Shown: in pieces, positions 48,163 through 58,354 of the stretch | Position numbering within the stretch: the first letter of the stretch is position 1 | Layout: each line of letters starts with the position of its first letter | Notes under the pieces: generated by a model | What the model was told of the DNA's origin: nothing | What the model saw: only the letters and a program-made list of their open reading frames with translations | The model's database searches: none | Made by a program: the position numbers and the translations under genes | Assembly (NCBI GenBank): GCA_965661855.1 | Contig: CBFIFL010000003.1 | Location: forward strand, 4,614 to 68,613 | Reading direction: 5' to 3' | From: Flavobacteriales bacterium | GTDB lineage: Bacteria; Bacteroidota; Bacteroidia; Flavobacteriales_C; CBFIFL01 | Length of the DNA: 64,000 bases

Positions 48163-48859
48163 TGTTTATCATATGAAATGCGTGAACACTAACTATACCA
48201 GCTGTTTCATTTCTCAATCTAGTTTTTCCTAGGTCAATACCTTGAAATCCCTTTTCGTATGCCTGCTTGATTTCGGGAGAACTGAAATCTCCTTCAGGAC
48301 CAATTAACAACACCGCGTCACCTCCTTTTTTATAGCTGGCTTTTATGGATAGTTTAGGAAGGTCTTCACAATGCGCTATCAATTTTTGTCCCTGCCAATC
48401 CTTTGACATAAAATCTTTAAATGATATCATCGGATGAAGAATAGGTTTTTTAGCTTTCAGGCATTGCTTCATTGCAGCAATTACTTTTTTCTCCGCTCTT
48501 TCCAAGTTGACTTTATTTTTAATGCAATGATCACTTAAAATAAAACTGATTTCTGACACTCCAATTTCCGTTACTTTTTCAAGCATAAATTCTAAACGGT
48601 CTAAGCTTTTAATTGGAGCAATGGCTAAATGAAGATGAAAACCCATATCATCATCGTTCATGAATCGCTCTATTATATTTAGCTCACACTTTTTTGGATG
48701 GTCGGATAGGATAGAACAAATGAATCTATTCCCCTTTCCATCTACAACTTGTACTTGATCACCTACAGATTTTCTCAAAACACGAACAGCGTGCTTAGAA
48801 TCATTTTCATCTAAGAAAAACGTATCACCAGTGATATTAGGACAGTAAAATGAGTTCAT
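48155..48859 (-). CDS. rsmE: 16S rRNA (uracil1498-N3)-methyltransferase.
   Basis: N-terminal PUA-like domain ...HAVRVLRKSVGDQVQVVDGKGN... and a SPOUT C-terminus ...LLIGPEGDFS... Confidence 0.8.
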   Translation of the reverse strand: MNSFYCPNITGDTFFLDENDSKHAVRVLRKSVGDQVQVVDGKGNRFICSILSDHPKKCELNIIERFMNDDDMGFHLHLAIAPIKSLDRLEFMLEKVTEIGVSEISFILSDHCIKNKVNLERAEKKVIAAMKQCLKAKKPILHPMISFKDFMSKDWQGQKLIAHCEDLPKLSIKASYKKGGDAVLLIGPEGDFSSPEIKQAYEKGFQGIDLGKTRLRNETAGIVSVHAFHMINND

Positions 48860-48881
48860 ATACGTAAAATTATGAATTTTA

Positions 48882-48988
48882 CTTAGTGCTTAGTGAATAG
48901 TGAGTGGTTATTGACCGAGTGAGGTGTTAAACTGTGTTAATAATATACATTCCACTAACCACTAACCACTAACCATTAACCACTAAAT
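48882..48988. repeat. Inverted heptamer arrays: (NTTAGTG)x3 ... ~45-nt spacer ... (CCACTAA)x5, between the thiolase terminator and the rsmE start.
   Basis: cttagtgcttagtgaatagtgagtgg ... ccactaaccactaaccactaaccattaaccactaa. Shares the 12-mer ACTAAGCACTAA with the accC upstream region (11510-11521). Confidence 0.6.
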
Positions 48989-48994
48989 CATAGA

Positions 48995-49022
48995 CATAAA
49001 AAAGGGACCCAAATGAGTCCCT
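48995..49022 (-). terminator. Rho-independent terminator of the thiolase gene (minus strand).
   Basis: Minus strand GGGACtcatttgGGTCCC followed by ttttttat. Confidence 0.6.
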
Positions 49023-49046
49023 TTTCTGTATATAATTAAAATAAAA

Positions 49047-50225
49047 TTATAGTTTCTCAAGAACTACAGCAGAAGCACCACCACCACCATTACAGATACC
49101 AGCAGCTCCAATTTTAGCATTGTTTTGATCCAATACATTGATTAACGTAACTAAGATTCTCGCACCAGAACATCCAAGTGGGTGACCTAATGAAACAGCT
49201 CCACCATTCACGTTTGTTTTTGTACTGTCAATTCCTAATTCTTTCATATTAGCTAAACCAACAACTGAAAACGCTTCATTTAACTCATAAAAGTCAACGT
49301 CACCAGCAGAGATTCCTGCTTTTTCGATTGCCTTAGGAACAGCTTTTGAAGGAGCAGTAGTAAACCATTCAGGAGCTTGAGCAGCATCAGCATATGATCT
49401 AACCTTAGCGATAGGAGTTAATCCTAACTCTTCCATTTTTTCTTTTGAGCAAAGAACTAAAGCAGCAGCACCATCATTAAGTGTAGACGCATTTGCAGCA
49501 GTTACAGAACCGTCTTTTTGGAATACAGGTCTTAAAGCTGGAATTTTTTCCATCTTCACATTTTTGTATTCTTCATCTTCTGTCATTAATAAAGGATCAC
49601 CTTTTCTTTGAGGGATTTCAACTGGAACGATTTCATTGTTGAATTTTCCAGCTTCCCAAGACTTAGCTGATCTGTTGTAAGATTCGATTGCGAAATTATC
49701 TTGATCTTCTCTAGAGAAGTTATACTCCTTAGCACAAAGCTCAGCAGCATTTCCCATGTGATAGTTATTGTAAACGTCAGTTAAACCATCTAAAACTAAA
49801 CCATCTTTGATTTTAACATCACCTAACTTTGAACCGAATCTTTGGTTCATGTTATAATATGGTACAGCAGACATGTTTTCCATTCCACCAGCAATTACTA
49901 AGTCTTGATCTCCAAGAGCAATAGCTTGAGCAGCTAACATAACAGACTTCATTCCAGAAGAACAAACTTTGTTAATAGTAGTACAAGGAACATCCTGACT
50001 AAGACCAGCGAACATAGCAGCCTGTCTAGCAGGAGCTTGACCTAATCCAGCAGATAATACATTACCCATAAATACTTCATCTACCTGATCAGCAGCGATG
50101 TTTACTTTGTCTAATGCACCCTTAATAGCAGTAGCTCCTAATTTAGTAGCTGAAATTTTTGCCAATTTTCCACCAAAACTTCCCATTGGAGTTCTAACAG
50201 CAGAAACAATATATACTTCTTTCAT
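49047..50225 (-). CDS. Acetyl-CoA C-acetyltransferase (thiolase II).
   Basis: ...VCSSGMKSV... (active Cys), ...NVNGGAVSLGHPLGCSGARI..., ...CNGGGGASA... Confidence 0.9.
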   Translation of the reverse strand: MKEVYIVSAVRTPMGSFGGKLAKISATKLGATAIKGALDKVNIAADQVDEVFMGNVLSAGLGQAPARQAAMFAGLSQDVPCTTINKVCSSGMKSVMLAAQAIALGDQDLVIAGGMENMSAVPYYNMNQRFGSKLGDVKIKDGLVLDGLTDVYNNYHMGNAAELCAKEYNFSREDQDNFAIESYNRSAKSWEAGKFNNEIVPVEIPQRKGDPLLMTEDEEYKNVKMEKIPALRPVFQKDGSVTAANASTLNDGAAALVLCSKEKMEELGLTPIAKVRSYADAAQAPEWFTTAPSKAVPKAIEKAGISAGDVDFYELNEAFSVVGLANMKELGIDSTKTNVNGGAVSLGHPLGCSGARILVTLINVLDQNNAKIGAAGICNGGGGASAVVLEKL

Positions 50226-50553
50226 AATGTTTGATTGCTTAAATTTTGTGAATCTAAGGTAAGGAATTCCTGTAAATCTCAGTCTCCTTTATTCAAGTTT
50301 TACAGACTTTTAAACAGTCAATTTAACGTTTCAATAGAGCTTCTTGCCCTATGTTTAATTGGTGAGAAATATGGAGAGAGGCTTTGTATATAAATAGTTA
50401 CGCCAAGATTAAACAATCTTGTTCCAGATTAACGGAAGTATATACCTTATCAATTAAAGAGCAAGTACTAGACGAAACCTGATTATTCATTTCGTTAATT
50501 GCCTTAGATCACTTACATTTGAATCATAAAATTGAACAAGAAATTTTAATAAT

Positions 50554-51765
50554 ATGAATCTTCACGAATACCAAGGGAAAGCAATCCTTAAATCTTTCGG
50601 AGTAGGAATCCAGGAAGGATTAGTTGCAGATACAGCTGCTGAAGCGGTTGAGGCTGCTAAAAAATTAACTGAGCAAACTGGAACAGAGTGGTTTGTACTT
50701 AAAGCTCAAATCCACGCAGGTGGTAGAGGTAAAGGTACAGTTACTGAAACTGGTTCAAGAGGAGTTGTTTTAGCAAAAGGACTTGATAAAGTTGAAGGTG
50801 TTGCTGAAGGAATCTTAGGAGGACACTTAGTTACTTTACAAACTAGTGAAACTGGTAAAAAAGTAAATAAGGTGTTAATCGCTGAGGATGTATACTATCC
50901 TGGTGAGTCTGAGCCTTCTGAAATTTATATGTCTGTTCTTTTAGACAGAACTACTGGTAAGAATATCGTAATGTATTCTACTGAAGGTGGTATGTCTATT
51001 GAAGATGTTGCAGAGGAAACTCCACATTTAATTTTCAAAGAAGAGATTGATCCTGGTACAGGATTACTTCCTTTCCAAGCTAGAAAAATTGCTTTCAACT
51101 TAGGTTTAAGTGGTGCAGCTTTTAAAGGAATGGTAAAGTTCGTTAATGCATTATACAACGCTTATGTTGGTTGTGATGCTTCAATGTTCGAAATCAACCC
51201 AGTATTAAAAACATCAGATGATAAGATTATCGCTGTTGATGCTAAAGTAACTTTAGATGACAACGCTTTATTCAGACATGCTGATTATGCTGCGTTAAGA
51301 GATAAAACGGAAGAAGACCCTACAGAAGTAGAAGCTGATGAAGCTGGATTAAACTTCGTTAAGTTAGATGGTAACGTTGGTTGTATGGTTAACGGTGCTG
51401 GTTTAGCAATGGCTACTATGGATATCATTAAATTTGCTGGAGGAAATCCTGCAAACTTCTTAGATGTTGGTGGTACCGCTGATGCTGCAAGAGTTGAGAA
51501 GGCTTTTAACATCATCTTAAAGGATGAGAATGTTAAGGCAATCTTAGTTAACATCTTTGGAGGTATTGTAAGATGTGATAGAGTTGCTCAAGGTATTGTT
51601 GATGCATATAAGAGCATCGGTAATGTTAGAGTTCCAATCATCGTTAGATTACAAGGAACAAATGCTGTTGAAGCGAAGAAATTAATCGATGATTCAGGAT
51701 TAGATGTTCACTCTGTAGTATTACTACAAGAGGCTGCTGATAAAGTAGCTGACTTATTAGCTTAA
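50554..51765 (+). CDS. sucC: Succinate--CoA ligase (ADP-forming) β subunit.
   Basis: MNLHEYQGKAILKSFGV..., ...FVLKAQIHAGGRGKG..., ...NIFGGIVRCD... Confidence 0.9.
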   Translation: MNLHEYQGKAILKSFGVGIQEGLVADTAAEAVEAAKKLTEQTGTEWFVLKAQIHAGGRGKGTVTETGSRGVVLAKGLDKVEGVAEGILGGHLVTLQTSETGKKVNKVLIAEDVYYPGESEPSEIYMSVLLDRTTGKNIVMYSTEGGMSIEDVAEETPHLIFKEEIDPGTGLLPFQARKIAFNLGLSGAAFKGMVKFVNALYNAYVGCDASMFEINPVLKTSDDKIIAVDAKVTLDDNALFRHADYAALRDKTEEDPTEVEADEAGLNFVKLDGNVGCMVNGAGLAMATMDIIKFAGGNPANFLDVGGTADAARVEKAFNIILKDENVKAILVNIFGGIVRCDRVAQGIVDAYKSIGNVRVPIIVRLQGTNAVEAKKLIDDSGLDVHSVVLLQEAADKVADLLA

Positions 51766-51786
51766 TATTTAAGTCAATATATTTTT

Positions 51787-51819
51787 AAAGTCCTGCCGAA
51801 AGGCGGGACTTTTTGTTTT
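51787..51819 (+). terminator. Rho-independent terminator of sucC.
   Basis: AAGTCCTGCCgaaaGGCGGGACTTtttgtttt. Confidence 0.65.
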
Positions 51820-51839
51820 ATCAAATACTTGAACGCAAC

Positions 51840-52286
51840 ATGAGAAACTTGTTTTTTGTCATTTTGTTATTGCCGTTTTTATCCACTTCTCAAGAGGATA
51901 GGCCACAACTTGCAGCTAATACTATTTTCACAGAAGGAACAATAGGTCTGTTAGCTCATGCTACATTAAACTATGAAAGAAGGTTAATACAAGGAGCTAA
52001 AACTTCTCTTTTCGGGCGAGCAGGAGTAGGTCCGAGCGGTATTTTCTTTGGATCAAGTGGTTATGGTGGTTTACTGGGAGCAACCTGGTTGACTGGAAAT
52101 CAGAAAAACAGTCATTTTGAATTTTGTTCAGGAGTTTTAATCGGACATGACTCCTATTACAATGATGCGTTTTTCTTGCCATTGTTAAAAGTTGGTTATA
52201 GATTTCAAAAGCCACAAGGCGGTTTTTTGTTTCGTGCTAACCTTGGAATAGTTAATGTTGGAATAAGTTTCGGATATACATTTTAG
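51840..52286 (+). CDS. Hypothetical small secreted/outer-membrane β protein. Start placed at MRNLFFVILLLPF because the upstream Met lies inside the sucC terminator.
   Basis: Signal peptide, Gly-rich β-strand pattern, C-terminal ...FGYTF. Confidence 0.4.
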   Translation: MRNLFFVILLLPFLSTSQEDRPQLAANTIFTEGTIGLLAHATLNYERRLIQGAKTSLFGRAGVGPSGIFFGSSGYGGLLGATWLTGNQKNSHFEFCSGVLIGHDSYYNDAFFLPLLKVGYRFQKPQGGFLFRANLGIVNVGISFGYTF

Positions 52287-52415
52287 TAAGATTCTAGATC
52301 TACAGAATAATACACAATTTAGATTTGAAAAATCGGGTATGACTTCCATTCTTTATCTTAGATAATCCCCACTTAAAATATTACCTTTGCGGCTTGATAT
52401 TTTGATTATTAAGTT

Positions 52416-53945
52416 ATGCAAGAAAAGATCCTAATTGTTGATTTTGGTTCACAGTATACTCAATTGATCGCCAGACGAATCAGAGAGTTAAACGTTTATT
52501 GTGAAATTCATCCGTTTAACAATCTTCCTGAAATGGAGAATGTTAAAGGTGTGATTTTATCGGGTTCTCCTCATTCTGTTAGAAACGAGGATTCTCCAAA
52601 GCCAGATTTATCAGCTTGGAAAGGTAAATTACCTTTAATGGGAGTTTGTTTTGGTGCACAGTATATGGCTCACAATTTTGGTGGGAATGTTGATGCTTCA
52701 GAACATAGAGAATACGGGAGAGCGAATTTATCTTTCGTTGATCATTCTCATAACTTAATGAAAAATGTATCTGATAATTCTCAAGTATGGATGTCTCATG
52801 GAGATACAATTACTCAGTTAGCAGATAATTTTAAGGTAATAGCTTCTACAAAAGATGTTAGAGTTGCTGCTTATCATATTGAAGGTGAAGAGACTTTCGG
52901 AGTTCAGTTTCACCCAGAGGTTTACCATTCAGCAGATGGTAAAGCTTTATTAGAAAACTTTATTGTTGGTTATTGCGGTTGTTCTCAGAACTGGACACCA
53001 TACTCATTCGTTGATAAAACGGTCGCTGAGTTGAAAGCTCAGTTGGGAGACGATAGTGTAATCTTAGGTCTTTCAGGAGGAGTTGATTCTTCAGTTGCTG
53101 CCATGTTATTGCATAAAGCAATCGGAGAGAATCTACACTGTATTTTTGTTAATAACGGATTACTAAGAAAGAATGAGTACGATCAAGTATTAGAACAATA
53201 TCAAGGTTTAGGTTTAAATGTTAAAGGTGTAGATGCTTCACAAAGGTTCTATACGGAATTAGCTGGAGAATCTGATCCGGAGAAGAAAAGAAAGATAATT
53301 GGTAAGGTTTTCGTTGATGTTTTTGATGATGAATCAAAACTAGTTGAAAACGCAAAGTGGTTAGCTCAAGGAACTATATATCCAGATGTTATTGAATCAG
53401 TTTCAGCAACAGGAGGTCCTTCAGCAACTATTAAATCACACCATAACGTAGGAGGTCTTCCTGATTACATGAAGCTTCAAGTTGTAGAGCCTTTAAAAGC
53501 ACTTTTTAAAGATGAGGTTAGACGTGTTGGTACTAGTATGGGAATGAGTCCTGAAATTATCGGAAGACATCCTTTCCCAGGACCAGGTTTAGGTATCAGG
53601 ATTTTAGGAGATATCACAGCTGAAAAAGTAAACCTATTACAAGAGGTAGATCACATCTTTATTCAAGGATTAAAAGATGATGGTTTATACGATGATGTAT
53701 GGCAAGCAGGTTCTATCTTGTTACCAGTTCAGTCTGTAGGGGTTATGGGGGATGAAAGGACATATGAGCAAGCTGTTGCCTTAAGAGCAGTTCAGTCTAC
53801 AGATGGTATGACAGCTGATTGGGTTCATTTACCTTATGAGTTCTTAGGAAAGATTTCAAATCAGATTATCAATAGAGTTAAAGGTGTGAATAGAGTTGTT
53901 TACGATATCTCTTCTAAACCACCAGCAACAATCGAGTGGGAATAA
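52416..53945 (+). CDS. guaA: GMP synthase (glutamine-hydrolysing).
   Basis: GATase ...[11 protein letters not shown]..., PP-loop ...[11 protein letters not shown]..., C-terminal ...PATIEWE. Confidence 0.9.
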   Translation: MQEKILIVDFGSQYTQLIARRIRELNVYCEIHPFNNLPEMENVKGVILSGSPHSVRNEDSPKPDLSAWKGKLPLMGVCFGAQYMAHNFGGNVDASEHREYGRANLSFVDHSHNLMKNVSDNSQVWMSHGDTITQLADNFKVIASTKDVRVAAYHIEGEETFGVQFHPEVYHSADGKALLENFIVGYCGCSQNWTPYSFVDKTVAELKAQLGDDSVILGLSGGVDSSVAAMLLHKAIGENLHCIFVNNGLLRKNEYDQVLEQYQGLGLNVKGVDASQRFYTELAGESDPEKKRKIIGKVFVDVFDDESKLVENAKWLAQGTIYPDVIESVSATGGPSATIKSHHNVGGLPDYMKLQVVEPLKALFKDEVRRVGTSMGMSPEIIGRHPFPGPGLGIRILGDITAEKVNLLQEVDHIFIQGLKDDGLYDDVWQAGSILLPVQSVGVMGDERTYEQAVALRAVQSTDGMTADWVHLPYEFLGKISNQIINRVKGVNRVVYDISSKPPATIEWE

Positions 53946-53964
53946 TTGGAATGAATATTGAATA

Positions 53965-55608
53965 GTGAGAAGTATGAAGTTTCTAATTACATCTGTTTTC
54001 TTTTTATTAATGGGTCTGACTGTAAAGTCTCAGGTTCACGGTGAAGTGAAATGGATTGAAGGGAAGAAGTATACTTATCACCAAGTAAAGACACAAGAAA
54101 CCTTATACGGTATTTCGAAAAAATACGGTGTACGAATCAGTGAAATCCTTTTGAGTAATCCAGAAGCTATTGAAGGGATTAAGCCGGAAATGCTTTTAGT
54201 TATGCCTCCAGTAAAAGTTTTGGAAGATGCTACTGAACGAGTTCAGTTACAAGGAAACTTGTTGTATCATGAAGTAAAAGCTCAAGAAACTATATATGGT
54301 ATTTGCCAAGAATATGGGGTTGAAGAGGATGATCTAAAACGTGTAAACGATTTATCAGACGGTTTGAAAGTCGGAGCTCGATTGATTATTCCTTTTGAGG
54401 ATGAGTTAGCTAAACTTGCTGATGAAGATTCTTTAAGTGGTAAAAAAGTAATCAAGTCAGAAATGTTATGGGGAGCTGATTCAGCAGAATTAGATTCATT
54501 TGATTTGAACGTAGCGTTAATTCTTCCTTTGTATTTAGATGAAAATGATTCGATTGAAATAAATAAAGAAGAGACCGATGATCCTCGTCTACCAAAGTAT
54601 ACTCCCATTTCTTTACAGTTTATGTCTGGAGTTTATATGGCATTGGATAGCATAACCAAGCAAGGCTATGATATAAGATTAAACGTTATAGATTCTAAAC
54701 CAGATGCGCTAGACTTTAAAAAGCAGTTGGATGAAAACAGTTTCTCAACGTATGATTTAGTAATTGGACCGGTTGTGAATGAATACTTTGATCACTTTAT
54801 GCAAAAGAAAGATTCGGGTCAATATGCCATTTTAGCTCCGTTTAGTAAGGATACGAGTATCTTAAATAACCCAAGAATTATTAAGTCTATGGCGAACCGT
54901 CAGTCTGAAATAGACTGCATTGGAAAGTACTTAGGAGAGAATAAAGGTGCTGCTAATATTGTGTTTGTTTATGAAAGCACAACTAAACCTGATTACGCGG
55001 AAGTGGAGTACCTGCAAAAGGAAATGACTTTATCGGCTTTAAGTCATGGTAAAGATTCTTTAATTCGAATGCCTAGAAGAGCCAATTTCAGGTCTTTAGG
55101 TTTAAATGGAATCGTAACAAACTTTACGGATACTCTAGAAAATATTGTAGTTGTACTTAGTCAAAGTCAATCTTTTTTGACTTCAATGATGCAGAAATTA
55201 GAGCCATTTGTGGAGGATTTTGAGATTACCATTTACGGAACATCTCAATTGGCAGGATACCAATCATTTGAACCAGAATTATTTGAATACTTACATGTGC
55301 ATACGAGTTCAATTGGAAATCTGAACTTAAGAGATTCGATGTATTTAGATTTTGAAAGAGATTATTTCTTCAGGTTTGGAGAAATACCTTCTTTACAGGC
55401 TGTACAAGCTTTTGAGCAGACTTTATTTGTTGGAGAGGAAATTGCTAAACATGGATATTATTCTCCTGGAGTAATAGACGGACAATCTTATCAAGGAATC
55501 TATTCGGATTTCAATTTTAAATGGGTGGAAAGTCATAAAGGAGTGGAGAATCAAACTGCTTTTATGATTAAATTTTCAGACTATCAATTCCTAAGAATCA
55601 ATGAGTAA
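53965..55608 (+). CDS. Secreted protein with two N-terminal LysM domains and a periplasmic-binding-protein-like C-terminal region.
   Basis: Two ...Y.V...ETLYGI...YGV....L...N... LysM repeats after a signal peptide. Confidence 0.6.
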   Translation: MRSMKFLITSVFFLLMGLTVKSQVHGEVKWIEGKKYTYHQVKTQETLYGISKKYGVRISEILLSNPEAIEGIKPEMLLVMPPVKVLEDATERVQLQGNLLYHEVKAQETIYGICQEYGVEEDDLKRVNDLSDGLKVGARLIIPFEDELAKLADEDSLSGKKVIKSEMLWGADSAELDSFDLNVALILPLYLDENDSIEINKEETDDPRLPKYTPISLQFMSGVYMALDSITKQGYDIRLNVIDSKPDALDFKKQLDENSFSTYDLVIGPVVNEYFDHFMQKKDSGQYAILAPFSKDTSILNNPRIIKSMANRQSEIDCIGKYLGENKGAANIVFVYESTTKPDYAEVEYLQKEMTLSALSHGKDSLIRMPRRANFRSLGLNGIVTNFTDTLENIVVVLSQSQSFLTSMMQKLEPFVEDFEITIYGTSQLAGYQSFEPELFEYLHVHTSSIGNLNLRDSMYLDFERDYFFRFGEIPSLQAVQAFEQTLFVGEEIAKHGYYSPGVIDGQSYQGIYSDFNFKWVESHKGVENQTAFMIKFSDYQFLRINE

Positions 55609-56524
55609 TTTATCGAAGGAAACCATTGCAGAATGGTTTAAAGGTTTACAAGATAATATCTGTAAGTCCTTAGAAGAATGCGACGGAAAAGCTAAATTTC
55701 AAGAAGATTTATGGACACGGCCAGAAGGTGGCGGAGGTAGAACGCGCGTGATTCAAAAAGGAAATGTTTTTGAAAAAGGAGGCGTAAATTTCTCTGCAGT
55801 TGAAGGAAAGTTACCTGAGAAGATTAAGGAAGCGTTGAAATTACCTGACGCCTATTTTTTTGCAAGTGGAGTTTCGATTGTCATTCATCCAAATAGTCCT
55901 GAAGTACCAATCATTCACATGAATGTTCGTTACTTTGAAATAGCAAAGGATCCGGAGTTTAAAGAGAATATCACGTATTGGTTTGGTGGAGGAATTGATT
56001 TAACTCCTCATTATATCAATAAGGATCAATCTAGCTTTTTCCACAATCAATTAAAATCAGCATGCGATTCTACAGATGAATCTTACTATGATGAGTTTAA
56101 GAAATGGGCTGATGACTATTTCTTTATAAAGCATAGAAAGGAAACTAGAGGAGTAGGTGGGATTTTCTTTGATAGATTAAACGAAGAGTCGAGAGGTTGA
56201 AGTAAGGAAGCAATCTTTGAATTGGTTAAGAATGTAGGAAACACATTCGCTCCAACTTATGTGAAGATTGTCAATGAAAACAAATCTTTATCATATGGGG
56301 AAGAAGAAAAAAGATGGCAGAAAATAAGAAGATCTCGATACGTTGAGTTTAACTTGGTTTACGATAAAGGGACAAAGTTTGGATTAGATACAGATGGTAG
56401 AATTGAATCTATTCTGATGAGTTTACCGTTAGAAACAGGCTGGGAATATAATCCTCAATTTGAAGCTGGGTCTAGAGAGCAAGAGACTTTAGATTTATTG
56501 GTTAAAGGAATTGATTGGGTATAA
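55601..56524 (+). pseudogene. hemF: Oxygen-dependent coproporphyrinogen III oxidase (hemF) interrupted by a single in-frame TGA at 56198-56200. Both halves are in the same frame.
   Basis: Upstream half ...RTRVIQKGNVFEKGGVNFSAVEG...GGIFFDRLNEESRG*; downstream half ...WQKIRRSRYVEFNLVYDKGTKFGLDTDGRIESILMSLPLETGWEY... matches HemF/CPOX end to end. Confidence 0.7.
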
Positions 56525-57228
56525 TGAAGTGTTTTCTTTTTTCTCTGTTTATAATCCCAATTGTATTATTTGGTGATGATGATAGAGTTAAAGGTAAGTA
56601 CTGTATCATACCTGAAGCTAGAAGGCTAGTTATAGGAATGACTACGGGTTCAGCATTTAATGTTGCTGCAAATACTACAATTAGCCAAGCCGGTTTTCCG
56701 GATATTAATTTAAAGGCGAAATGGGCAACTGAAGCTTTTAAAATGCCAATTTATTGGGATTTGCTTGCCGAATATTCCGAAAGAAGATTTCAGGTGGGGG
56801 TTCACTTTATGCATCATAAATTGGTTCTCACCAATGAACATGCTTTACTAGAAAAAATATCAATTACCCATGGCTATAATATCTTTAACCTTTACGGAGG
56901 GTATCGTTTTTTAGCCAATTCAAAGCACTATTCATTTTATGGTTTGATTGGTGTTGGAGTTGCTTTTTCTCATCCTGAAGGAAAAGTTAGAGGTCAAAAT
57001 ATATCACGTTTAGAAGGTGTTCCTTTATTGTCTGGAAATTATGATATGTCTTACCCAAACTTTGAATTAGCTATTCATAAAGATTGGATGTTAAATAAGA
57101 AACTTGCTGTTCGATCAGCTTTTAAGACAACTTATTTCAATGGGAAGATTGAAACCCGCAATGGCTACATAGATTTAAACACCTTAAGTTTTCACGTCAA
57201 TCTAGGTTTATCTTATCAAATACAATAA
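56524..57228 (+). CDS. Hypothetical outer-membrane β-barrel protein. The ATG at 56524 overlaps the hemF stop (TAATG).
   Basis: Signal peptide MKCFLFSLFIIPIVLFG, β-strand periodicity, C-terminal ...LSYQIQ. Confidence 0.4.
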   Translation: MKCFLFSLFIIPIVLFGDDDRVKGKYCIIPEARRLVIGMTTGSAFNVAANTTISQAGFPDINLKAKWATEAFKMPIYWDLLAEYSERRFQVGVHFMHHKLVLTNEHALLEKISITHGYNIFNLYGGYRFLANSKHYSFYGLIGVGVAFSHPEGKVRGQNISRLEGVPLLSGNYDMSYPNFELAIHKDWMLNKKLAVRSAFKTTYFNGKIETRNGYIDLNTLSFHVNLGLSYQIQ

Positions 57229-57262
57229 GGGGACGCAACCCTAAATAGGGTTGCGTCCCCTT
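57227..57262. terminator. Bidirectional terminator hairpin overlapping both convergent stop codons.
   Basis: AAGGGGACGCAACCCTAaataGGGTTGCGTCCCCTT: 15-bp perfect stem. Confidence 0.65.
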
Positions 57263-58346
57263 ATTGTAGAATTCCCAAACGCTCTAATACATTCAGCCTC
57301 TTAATCTTACCCGTTTCAGTTCTTTCAAATTTATTGATGAAGTAAACCCTCTTAGGTTTTTCGTACTTGTTTAAAGATTCCGGAAAGCTTGGTTCGAAAG
57401 TCTTAATAGACTCAATGACTAAAATTACAATCTGACCAAATTTATCATCGGCTTGAGTGGAAATAAAAAATGCTTCCTTGATAGACTCGCTTAGTTTTTC
57501 TTCGATGACTTCAGGAAATAGTTTAACTCCACCTGAATTAATCATATTGTCTTGTCTTCCTAACCATTGAAAACCGTTGCCTGTTATTCTTACAACATCC
57601 TTCGTAGATAAACCTTCTACTCCAATGTCTTTTCCGTCAATATGTAGACAATCATTTTTAATAGAAATATCGATACCTTCTACTGTCTCAAAATATTTGT
57701 TCTCAACAGGAGATACTTGTCGAAGTGCTATGTGAGATAGGGTTTCTGTCATTCCGAAAGTAGAGTAACAGTTTACTTCAAATGATCTTAAATGCTGTAG
57801 TAAGGTAGTATCGACTTTACCACCACCAATGATTAAATTCTTGATTAGCTTAAACTGATCACTATGATTAGAAATGCTTTCTTGGACTTGCATAGGAACC
57901 ATGGCACAGAAATCATATTCCTGATTGATGTATTGTAAAGCTTGGTTGGACGGAGCTAAAACAGTTAGTTTAAGTTTACGTTCAATTGCTCTGATAATCA
58001 TCATTCTTCCCCCAATGTATTGCGGATTCATTACTAAAAGGGAACTATCACCAGCCTTTAAATCGAAAAAGTCATTGGTCTTTTTAGCGCTGGCTAATAA
58101 GTGTTCTTTCTTAACTAGGATGTTCTTTGAGCTTCCAGTAGTACCGGAAGTTGGTATACTAAATTCGTATTCTTTGAAAAAGTCCTCAATTAACTTCAAT
58201 GTTTGAATTTGCCATGGCACAGTGCATTCAGGAATTCCTCCGAATGACTCCTGAAAATCTATAGTAAGCGTATTGTTATCAACCTTAAACATTAAACCTT
58301 GACCTTTAAACTCTTTAGCTGTACTTTTGCTCTGAATTAAAAACAA
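57261..58346 (-). CDS. Short-form AMP-binding acyl-CoA ligase (O-succinylbenzoate-CoA ligase-like).
   Basis: ...IPTSGTTGSSKNI... AMP-binding P-loop; 361 aa. Confidence 0.55.
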   Translation of the reverse strand: MFLIQSKSTAKEFKGQGLMFKVDNNTLTIDFQESFGGIPECTVPWQIQTLKLIEDFFKEYEFSIPTSGTTGSSKNILVKKEHLLASAKKTNDFFDLKAGDSSLLVMNPQYIGGRMMIIRAIERKLKLTVLAPSNQALQYINQEYDFCAMVPMQVQESISNHSDQFKLIKNLIIGGGKVDTTLLQHLRSFEVNCYSTFGMTETLSHIALRQVSPVENKYFETVEGIDISIKNDCLHIDGKDIGVEGLSTKDVVRITGNGFQWLGRQDNMINSGGVKLFPEVIEEKLSESIKEAFFISTQADDKFGQIVILVIESIKTFEPSFPESLNKYEKPKRVYFINKFERTETGKIKRLNVLERLGILQ

Positions 58347-58354
58347 ATATACGA

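Noticed and set aside
48951-48985. Tandem CCACTAA heptamers as a possible CRISPR array.
   Set aside because: The repeat unit is 7 nt with no spacers and there are no cas genes, so it is a microsatellite or iteron-type repeat, not CRISPR.
50226-50553. 328-nt leader upstream of sucC examined as a possible riboswitch or ncRNA.
   Set aside because: No conserved riboswitch cores (for example B12, SAM or glycine) or extended stems were found. It is AT-rich promoter-like sequence only.
56198-56200. Genome-wide stop-codon reassignment (TGA or TAA read as sense) as an explanation for the hemF and BLUF stops.
   Set aside because: All other genes in the window, including a 2115-codon ORF, terminate normally with standard-code stops and show no internal in-frame stops. 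Reassignment would fragment many more ORFs.
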